Shown here piece by piece: positions 25,360-32,000 of a stretch of DNA of 32,000 nt. The stretch comes from an uncultured archaeon (GTDB taxonomy: Archaea > Iainarchaeota > Iainarchaeia > Iainarchaeales > JAAZKV01): positions 240,001 through 272,000 of the forward strand of contig CAZKBG010000001.1 of assembly GCA_964551375.1 (NCBI GenBank), given 5' to 3'. The translations under genes were made by a program, and so were the position numbers. Each line of letters begins with the position of its first letter. The stretch's first letter is position 1. The notes beneath the pieces were generated by a model. It saw only the letters and a list, made by a program, of their open reading frames with translations. It had not been told where the DNA came from and did not search any database.

Positions 25360-27795
25360 ATGGCATTTGTAACGCACAAACTCATAAAGCCTGACGCGGT
25401 AGAAGCAAGACTATATCAGGAAGTTTTAGTGTCAAGAATTGCTGATAAGGGAAACACGCTTGTTGTAGCCCCCACTGCGCTAGGAAAAACAATTGTCGCA
25501 GTAATGCTCACAGCATATTTACTTGAACACCAGCCCGAAAAGAAAATCCTCTTCCTTGCCCCCACTAAACCTCTTGTAGTACAGCATGAAAAAAGCTACA
25601 AAAAGTTCATGGCAATTGATGAAAATGACATTGTCGCAATCACAGGAACTACAAAGACAAATGAAAGGGAAAAACTTTACAAAACAAAAAAAATAATCAA
25701 CGCAACCCCGCAGACAATTGAAAATGACCTGCTCACAGGCAAAATCAGATTGGATGATTTCGGGCTTGTCATATTTGATGAAGCGCACAGAGCAATCGGA
25801 GACTATGCTTATGTGTTTATTAATCTCCAGCTCCAAAAACAAAATCCAAAAGCATTGGTTCTTGCATTAACCGCAAGCCCCGGAAGCGAAGAAGAGCACA
25901 TACAGGATGTTTGCAGGAATTTAAGCATTAAAAATATTGAAATCAAAGACGCAAGCGATCATGATGTTAAGCCGTACGTGAATGAAATAGAAATTGACTG
26001 GGTAAAAGTGGATCTTCCCCAGGATTTTATGAAAATAAAACAGCACCTTGAAGAGTTTCAGGAGAAACAGCTCAAAACACTAAAATCGCTTGGAGTGGCA
26101 ATGACGGCAAACAAGAGATACTATAACAAAATTAGGCTTCTTGAAATGCAGGCAGTAATTAGAAAGAGAATAATTTCACACGGAAAAAGCCAGCCGAGCT
26201 TATTTTTCGCAGCAAGCAGATGCGCAGCAATGCTAAAAGTATCCCACGCGGAAGAATTAATTGAAACACAAGGAATTGGAGCGTTGAATAACTATTTTTC
26301 AAAACTTGAAGAAGACGCAATGAAAGGAAAAAGCAAAGCCGCAAGAGCAATACTTGCTGATGAAGAAATCAAACTCGCAATAATTCTTACGCGAAAACTT
26401 TTCCACAATAAAGTACAGCACCCAAAATACGCTGAGCTGAAAAAGATTATTCTAAAACAATTAAGCGAACAGCCTGAAAGCAAAATAATTGTATTTAACC
26501 ATTACAGAGATTCGATTAAAGAAGTGGTTGAGTTTTTGCACAACAATACTGACGAAATGCTTGCCAACGGAAATAATCCAATAAAAGCGACAAAATTCAT
26601 AGGGCAGGCAACTAAAGGCACGGAAAAAGGAATGAGCCAAAAATTACAGCAGGAAGTGCTTGATGAACTTCGAAGCGGAGAGCATAACGTTATTGTTGCA
26701 AGCTCTGTTGCAGAAGAAGGGCTTGACATACCGGCAGTGGAGCTTGTAGTATTTTTTGAGCCGGTGCCAAGCGAAATAAGAACAATTCAAAGAAGAGGAA
26801 GAACTGGAAGATTTTCAAAAGGAAAAACAATAATATTAATGGCGAAGAATACAAGAGACGAGGCATTTTACTGGACTGCAAGAAACAAAGAACGCAAAAT
26901 GAAAGAAACATTAAATACTATGAAAAAATCAGATACATTCGCGCTCCCAGAGCAGACGCTTCTCACAACTTACGCTGAAGACAAAGGCGAGCAGATAATT
27001 ATTTTTGTTGATTCACGCGAGCAGGCATCTACCGTGAATAAAGAGCTTTTTGAAAAACCGCAGGTAAAAGTTATTATGAAAGCGCTTGATGTGGGAGATT
27101 ATATTTTAAGCAAAGATGTGTGCGTTGAGAGAAAAACAACTGAAGATTTCATCAGCTCAATGATTGACGGAAGATTATTCAACCAAATAAAAAGCATGAG
27201 AGAGAATTACGCAAAACCATTAGTTATAATTGAAGGAAATATGAACGAAATGTACACGCTCCGCAATATTCACAAAAACGCAATCATTGGCGCGCTCACA
27301 AGCATTGCCCTTGACTACCAAGTCGCAATTATTAATACAAAAAATGACGCAGAAACCGCGGAATACATTTACGCAATTGCAAAAAGAGAACAGCTTGGAC
27401 AGGACAAAGAAGTAAGGCTTCGAGTGGGAAGAAAAGGATTCACGCTTGAAGAACAGCAGAGATTCATTATGGAAGGGCTCCCAATGGTGGGACCGACTCT
27501 TGCAAAATCACTGCTTGAAAAGTTTGGAACAATACAAAATATCGCAAACGCAAACGAAAAGGATTTGCAAAAAGTGGATAATTTAGGATTAAAGAAAGCA
27601 AAACTAATCCACAAAGTTCTTCAAACCAAATTTGACCCTGAAAAGAAATACGAGCTTGACGAAGCAAATGACGAACTTAATGAAGAACACTCAAAAAGCG
27701 AAACCGCAGGCAGTGAGGAAGAAAGTTTTGATATTTTAACAACAAGCGACGGAGAAAAATTTGAAAATGGAGAAGGAGATGAAACTAATGAGTGA
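25360..27795 (+). CDS. hef: Hef-type helicase/structure-specific nuclease (XPF/FANCM family)
   Basis: SF2 helicase motifs (VVAPTALGKTIVAV, VIFDEAHRA, LALTASPG, QRRGRTGR), ERKTTEDF XPF nuclease motif, and a C-terminal HhH region. Confidence 0.96.
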   Translation: MAFVTHKLIKPDAVEARLYQEVLVSRIADKGNTLVVAPTALGKTIVAVMLTAYLLEHQPEKKILFLAPTKPLVVQHEKSYKKFMAIDENDIVAITGTTKTNEREKLYKTKKIINATPQTIENDLLTGKIRLDDFGLVIFDEAHRAIGDYAYVFINLQLQKQNPKALVLALTASPGSEEEHIQDVCRNLSIKNIEIKDASDHDVKPYVNEIEIDWVKVDLPQDFMKIKQHLEEFQEKQLKTLKSLGVAMTANKRYYNKIRLLEMQAVIRKRIISHGKSQPSLFFAASRCAAMLKVSHAEELIETQGIGALNNYFSKLEEDAMKGKSKAARAILADEEIKLAIILTRKLFHNKVQHPKYAELKKIILKQLSEQPESKIIVFNHYRDSIKEVVEFLHNNTDEMLANGNNPIKATKFIGQATKGTEKGMSQKLQQEVLDELRSGEHNVIVASSVAEEGLDIPAVELVVFFEPVPSEIRTIQRRGRTGRFSKGKTIILMAKNTRDEAFYWTARNKERKMKETLNTMKKSDTFALPEQTLLTTYAEDKGEQIIIFVDSREQASTVNKELFEKPQVKVIMKALDVGDYILSKDVCVERKTTEDFISSMIDGRLFNQIKSMRENYAKPLVIIEGNMNEMYTLRNIHKNAIIGALTSIALDYQVAIINTKNDAETAEYIYAIAKREQLGQDKEVRLRVGRKGFTLEEQQRFIMEGLPMVGPTLAKSLLEKFGTIQNIANANEKDLQKVDNLGLKKAKLIHKVLQTKFDPEKKYELDEANDELNEEHSKSETAGSEEESFDILTTSDGEKFENGEGDETNE

Positions 27796-28297
27796 AATGA
27801 ATAAAATTGATTCGGAAAATAAAGAATTTAATAAAATACTCAGCAGTTTTTTAGTTGAAGCAAAAATAAAAGCGTACGCAAGCGGAATAAAATACAAAAC
27901 GACACAGGAAGGGTTAAACGAGTTTGAATACCAAGTGGGCAATTACAGGTTCAAGGACACTTATTTTGGGCACTACGCATTCAGCGGAATAGAAATAATA
28001 TGGCATAAAGAGGAGCCAATCTGGGCGATGAACTATTTTGGCTCAACAGACGAAGAAGTGTCAAAAAACAGCGTACTTACAAGCGTATGCTATTCTCTAT
28101 TAAGACAGGCGCTAAGCATGGTTGGAGAAAACAATCCATTCAGGGGCCCAAAATCTCTAATCAGCGGAAAATGGGAATACAAAAACAACTCAAAAGGCAA
28201 AATCAGCAGATTTTTTGGAAAAGAAAGCATTCTTTACAAAGGAAAAGAAGTGTACAACTTAGCGTATTTTGGCGGGTTTTCAAAGGGAAAAGAATAA
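27788..28297 (+). CDS. DUF5680-like hypothetical protein
   Basis: FLVEAKIKAYASG...YRFKDTYFGHYAFSGIEIIWHKEEPIWAMNYFG...NNPFRGPKSLISGKWEYK...YKGKEVYNLAYFGG. SD ggag is 9 nt before ATG 27788; the gene overlaps the end of hef by 8 nt. Confidence 0.72.
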   Translation: MSEMNKIDSENKEFNKILSSFLVEAKIKAYASGIKYKTTQEGLNEFEYQVGNYRFKDTYFGHYAFSGIEIIWHKEEPIWAMNYFGSTDEEVSKNSVLTSVCYSLLRQALSMVGENNPFRGPKSLISGKWEYKNNSKGKISRFFGKESILYKGKEVYNLAYFGGFSKGKE

Positions 28298-28395
28298 CGC
28301 ATAACAAAGTCAGTTTTTCCCTCTCAAAACAACATTTAAAAACCTGCACTATAACAAGTTTTGTATTCTATATTAGAAGCAATTGGTGAGTTAAA

Positions 28396-28803
28396 ATGGT
28401 TCAGTGGCACATGAGAGACGATAAGAAGCCAAGCGGCGGAAAAAGAAATACTGTTAACGCGGTAGACAAAAAACTTGCTTGGAAAGGCGGAGCAAGCGCA
28501 ATGACTAAAACTGATTCAACTGTTAAAGCAAACAAGGTTGAAATGAAAAAAGGGCTTGGGTCAACAATAAAAGTAAGAGCTCTTGAAGTTAAATTTGCAA
28601 ATGTTACTGATAGAAAAGGAAAAGTAATCAAGGCAGAAATTGTTTCAGTAAAGGACAACAACGCAAACAGACTTTATGGAAGAGCAAATATCTCCACTAA
28701 AGGCGCGATAATCCGGGTAAAAGTTGATGGAAGCGAAAAACTTGCTGAAGTAACAAACAGACCGGGGCAAGAAGGCGTAGTTAACGCAAAGTTAATGGAA
28801 TAA
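28396..28803 (+). CDS. rps8e: 30S ribosomal protein S8e
   Basis: KKPSGGKRNTVNAVDKK...VKFANVTDRKGKVIKAEIVSVKDNNANRLYGRANISTKGAIIRVKV...VTNRPGQEGVVNAKLME. Confidence 0.95.
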   Translation: MVQWHMRDDKKPSGGKRNTVNAVDKKLAWKGGASAMTKTDSTVKANKVEMKKGLGSTIKVRALEVKFANVTDRKGKVIKAEIVSVKDNNANRLYGRANISTKGAIIRVKVDGSEKLAEVTNRPGQEGVVNAKLME

Positions 28804-28896
28804 ATAATAAATCTTATTTTAACAGCGCAGACAATTGTCTGCCCTGAATATATTTTTTTATTTGCACTAATAACTTTCTCAATTCTTTTTCACTTT

Positions 28897-29505
28897 TTAC
28901 CAATCTTTAACCATTCTAAACCCGCGCTTTGTTTTTTGAAGAACAAACTGCTGGCGAATCTGCGCTCCAAGCAAATATCCGCCTGGACGAAGGCTCTTCC
29001 ACGCATTAACAAGCGTCCTTCTTCTCTCGCTTTCAGTCATGTAGTTAGTAACAGTGGCAAGTCTTAACGCATCGCACTTAAAGGGAAGGGGCTTTCTTGA
29101 AAGAGAATGAAACATCGGCTCAACATCACCCTGTTTTAGGGGCATTTTATGCCCGGCTAAATTCTTTTTGGCTGCATCAGCATTAAATTTCATTATATCA
29201 ATAGCAACCACTCGCGAATCTGCTCCAAGAGCATGCTTAGCGTCAAAAGAAGTTGGAGCACCGATTGAATTTGCCGCTCCAATATCAGCAAATACCTTGA
29301 TTTCAGCCCTATGCTCGCGCAAAAAAGCATCATGTTCAGACAGGCGCTTTGGGGCGGAATAAACAGTGTGAACGACTCTTCTCAGCGTCATTGTTCTACG
29401 CTCATTTTTTGTCTTTGCCCCTGAAAGAAAATAACTCGCAAGGCCCCTAGACCCTCTTCCCCAGTTCATTTCGCCGTTAACACTTGGAACTTTTGGCGCA
29501 GGCAT
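28897..29505 (-). CDS. SAM-dependent methyltransferase-like protein
   Basis: VFADIGAANSIGAPTSFDA..., VVAIDIMKFNADAAKKN and LVNAWKSLRPGGYLLG resemble Rossmann-type methyltransferase motifs. Confidence 0.62.
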   Translation of the reverse strand: MPAPKVPSVNGEMNWGRGSRGLASYFLSGAKTKNERRTMTLRRVVHTVYSAPKRLSEHDAFLREHRAEIKVFADIGAANSIGAPTSFDAKHALGADSRVVAIDIMKFNADAAKKNLAGHKMPLKQGDVEPMFHSLSRKPLPFKCDALRLATVTNYMTESERRRTLVNAWKSLRPGGYLLGAQIRQQFVLQKTKRGFRMVKDW

Positions 29506-29780
29506 AAAAAATCACTAATAAAATTACTGCAGAGGAGCAATAAAAACGCTCCCCCCGGGCAGGAAGACTAAATCAACCCCTAACTTTTCATTTAAAACAC
29601 TACAAAAGCAGTAATTTGAGTCAATTTATTGAGCCCTTTATATGCTTGGAATTATCCCCAAACATTTATAAACTTGCTTAATGGCTATTTATATAATTAA
29701 GCGCTGGTGAACTATTTTTTCTGTTTTGATTAACTCCCAACAGAATAAATACTAGTGCAAATTTTTAAAGGGTGGTAAAT

Positions 29781-30683
29781 TTGGTAACTAAATGCCCGGA
29801 ATGCGGAAGCGAAAAAATTAGAGTAGACCACGGAAAAGGGGAAGCAGTGTGCATGAACTGCGGACTGATTGTTTCAGAAGAAGAAATGATTGACACTGGA
29901 AAAGAATGGAGAAGCTTTGAAGATTCTGATGACGCTTCAAGAGGCGGAAGTCCGATGAAGTATGTAAAACTAAACAAGGGTTTAGTTACAATGATTGACA
30001 GAAGAGGAACTGATTTGAGAGGGAATAAACTTTCAAGCAAAGGAAGAGCGCAGATGTACCGCTTAATCAAGTGGCACAAAAGAGCAAGTGTATCAAGCTC
30101 AATGCAGAGAAACTTATCAATCGCATTAACAGAAATGAGAAGAGTAGCTTCATATCTAAATATACCGGACACTCTTGTTGAAGCAGCGGCTTTGCTTTAT
30201 AGAAAAACTGTAAAGAAAGGATTAATCAGAGGAAGATTAATCGAAGCAGTTGTTGCTGCAGTACTTTACACTGTGTGCAGAACATACCACGTTCCAAGAA
30301 CTCTAAACGAAATGGCTGAAGCAAGCGGACTAACTAAGAAGGAAATTGGAAGAACATACAGATTCCTTGTTAGAGAATTAAACCTTGGAGTACCACTAAC
30401 AAATCCAATACACTACATCCCAAGATTCGCAAGCGAACTAAACTTGAGCGGAGAAGTTCAGGAAGAAGGAAGAAGAATCCTTGAAGAAGCAATCAAGAAA
30501 GGATTAATCTCTGGAAGAGGACCAACTGGAGTAGCAGCAGCAGCTGTTTATATTGCAGGACTCTTGAAGGGAGAAAGAAGAACTCAAAAAGAAGTTGCAA
30601 ATGTTGCCGGAGTTACAGAAGTAACAATCCGAAACAGATACAGAGAGTTGAAGAAGAGACTCAACATCGATGTAGCAGCATAA
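29781..30683 (+). CDS. tfb: Transcription initiation factor IIB (TFB)
   Basis: N-terminal zinc ribbon CPECGSEKIRVDHGKGEAVCMNCG and two cyclin-like repeats, ending in an HTH-like VAGVTEVTIRNRYRELKKRL. ggtggt at 29771-29776 looks like an SD for TTG 29781; the track start is GTG 29772. Confidence 0.97.
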   Translation: MVTKCPECGSEKIRVDHGKGEAVCMNCGLIVSEEEMIDTGKEWRSFEDSDDASRGGSPMKYVKLNKGLVTMIDRRGTDLRGNKLSSKGRAQMYRLIKWHKRASVSSSMQRNLSIALTEMRRVASYLNIPDTLVEAAALLYRKTVKKGLIRGRLIEAVVAAVLYTVCRTYHVPRTLNEMAEASGLTKKEIGRTYRFLVRELNLGVPLTNPIHYIPRFASELNLSGEVQEEGRRILEEAIKKGLISGRGPTGVAAAAVYIAGLLKGERRTQKEVANVAGVTEVTIRNRYRELKKRLNIDVAA

Positions 30684-30704
30684 TAACTACAATTAAATTG
30701 GAAA

Positions 30705-30737
30705 GGGCAGCTATGCTGCCCCATCCAACTATTTTTT
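30705..30737 (+). terminator. Hairpin plus T-tract downstream of tfb
   Basis: gggcagc-tat-gctgccc perfect 7-bp stem followed ~10 nt later by a run of t. Confidence 0.5.
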
Positions 30738-30762
30738 ATAATTCAAACACCCTATTCTAAGC

Positions 30763-31206
30763 ATGGGTAAAATGCCTGTAACTACTGTTGAATGGATTCT
30801 ATTTGAAGCAACCATTATTGTGATTGCGCTTGTTTTAATCGCAATTGCGCTTTCATTTAGAAAAGGAAGCTATCCAAAAATCAAAATACCAAAACTGCTT
30901 CCGCGGGCAGGATTTAAATTCAAGCTTCAGCAGGTGGCAACAATACTCACGCATGATGGATTGTTTCCATCACTTACTCTTCATGAAACATACTTTGAGT
31001 ACAGACTTGTTAATGGGCACAAAGTAAAATACTCTGACATCACTGGAATTGAAACTAAAAAATATTTGCTTTACGGACACACACTTCTTCTAAAAGTCAA
31101 AGGCAAATCTTGGGGATTTTACCCAAGGGACTTGTGGCTTTCAATGGGAAGAGAGGATAACTTAAAAGAGCTTGAGAAGTTCTTTATAGAGAAAACAAAA
31201 AAATAG
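30763..31206 (+). CDS. Hypothetical membrane-anchored protein, possibly PH-like
   Basis: N-terminal TM helix (WILFEATIIVIALVLIAIALSF), then a beta-rich domain YRLVNGHKVKYSDITGIETKKYLLYGHTLLLKVKG. Confidence 0.62.
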   Translation: MGKMPVTTVEWILFEATIIVIALVLIAIALSFRKGSYPKIKIPKLLPRAGFKFKLQQVATILTHDGLFPSLTLHETYFEYRLVNGHKVKYSDITGIETKKYLLYGHTLLLKVKGKSWGFYPRDLWLSMGREDNLKELEKFFIEKTKK

Positions 31207-31278
31207 CTAATATGTAAAGTAGCGGCCAAATTAAAACCCTCAAAAGCTTTTTTAACAACAAAATCATATTAGTACTAT

Positions 31279-31845
31279 ATGCAGGCAGGGCTAAAAGCAA
31301 GGAGAATACTTCCAAGCTCAAAACAAAGGGTTTTTGGACTTCCTCCAAAACAAGTTCTTGAAAAATTCTCAGCAGAGTTTCCAAATCACAAAAACCAGAG
31401 GCTTTACTTAATACCAGGAGAAAAAGAATCAGCAGTAATCAAAGCTATACTTCCTTCAAAACAACTGCTTTTCAATGTAAAACACTCAAGCGGAAATCTT
31501 GAGTTCCACCCAGCAGGCGCATTTAATCACGGATTTACGCACAGAGAAGTTTTTGGAGCCCCAAGAGGAGTGGGGCTTGGAAGAGCGGCGCTTAGAACCG
31601 AACTTGCCATAGCAAGAAAAAAAGGATTAAAACACCACAATGTTAATTCACCGCACAAATCAAGCACATTAATGTTTCTAAAGGAAGGATACAAAATTGA
31701 CCCCGCGACAAACAAGCAGGCAATGGCTGCTACGGGAATTAGAACTGAAAGAGAACTTATTGAATTTTTAACAAAACAATCCACTCCTGAAGAATTAAAA
31801 CACGGCTGGAATCTTGTAAGACAGATTAACCCAAGCAAAAAGTAA
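31279..31845 (+). CDS. Hypothetical protein, possibly GNAT-like
   Basis: GVGLGRAALRTELAIARKKGLKHHNVNSPHKSSTLMFLKEGYKI resembles the GNAT acyl-CoA-binding region and C-terminal end. Confidence 0.58.
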   Translation: MQAGLKARRILPSSKQRVFGLPPKQVLEKFSAEFPNHKNQRLYLIPGEKESAVIKAILPSKQLLFNVKHSSGNLEFHPAGAFNHGFTHREVFGAPRGVGLGRAALRTELAIARKKGLKHHNVNSPHKSSTLMFLKEGYKIDPATNKQAMAATGIRTERELIEFLTKQSTPEELKHGWNLVRQINPSKK

Positions 31846-31916
31846 ATAATTCACAATAGTTCCAAAAATAAGCACTTTCTTCTCAATTTATATTCTTTTT
31901 CGTACAAGAGTATTAT

Positions 31917-32000
31917 ATGAAGTCGCAATTATCACAGTACTTTGACTCAACTAAAAGAAACTGCATGCTTTGCCACACTTACAGAAACTTAAAGCCAAGC
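31917..32000 (+). CDS. Start of an unidentified CDS truncated by window end
   Basis: ATG-initiated MKSQLSQYFDSTKRNCMLCHTYRNLKPS... open to the edge; TATA-like tttatatt at 31887-31894 is ~26 nt upstream. Confidence 0.55.
   Translation, partial: MKSQLSQYFDSTKRNCMLCHTYRNLKPS

Noticed and set aside
25519-27667. Minus-strand ORFs within hef and plus ORF 28087..28389.
   Set aside because: They overlap strongly supported coding frames and have no recognisable domains.
1-32000. CRISPR arrays, toxin-antitoxin, restriction-modification or other defence systems.
   Set aside because: I saw no regularly spaced direct repeats, Cas proteins, or R-M/TA signatures. The HAD, GNAT-like and methyltransferase-like genes are isolated and look housekeeping or unknown.

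Overview
The window is chromosomal and archaeal, most likely from a DPANN-type genome. The archaeal markers are a UbiA-family DGGGP-synthase-like prenyltransferase, FEN-1 with a C-terminal PIP box, a full-length Hef helicase/nuclease, histone, TFB, ribosomal proteins L40e and S8e, and many TATA boxes about 25 nt upstream of start codons. Other recognisable genes are a DsbA-like lipoprotein, an MscS channel, a CPA2 cation/proton antiporter, a HAD hydrolase, a site-2 protease, MetRS, FtsZ, rubrerythrin, AhpC-type peroxiredoxin, a tRNA-Glu(UUC) and a 1215-aa cysteine-rich surface protein. I found no CRISPR array, transposase, or convincing defence or mobile system. The best leads are: (1) an unassigned, highly structured candidate ncRNA at ~11188-11357 with its own TATA box; (2) a bacterial-type MetRS whose reading frame has no ATG/GTG/TTG start for its first 84 codons, while a well-placed leaderless ATG lies one frame away; (3) a putative minimal kinase-fold gene whose 3' end is duplicated (80 bp, 79 identical) 1.6 kb away, flanking a surface-protein cassette; (4) TSP1-like and other cysteine-rich modules in an archaeal surface protein; (5) direct and inverted copies of the tRNA-Glu 5' end beside the tRNA; (6) a 54-codon GTG-start L40e gene missing from the ORF track. 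Most unannotated proteins here are probably lineage-specific and cannot be assigned without searches.
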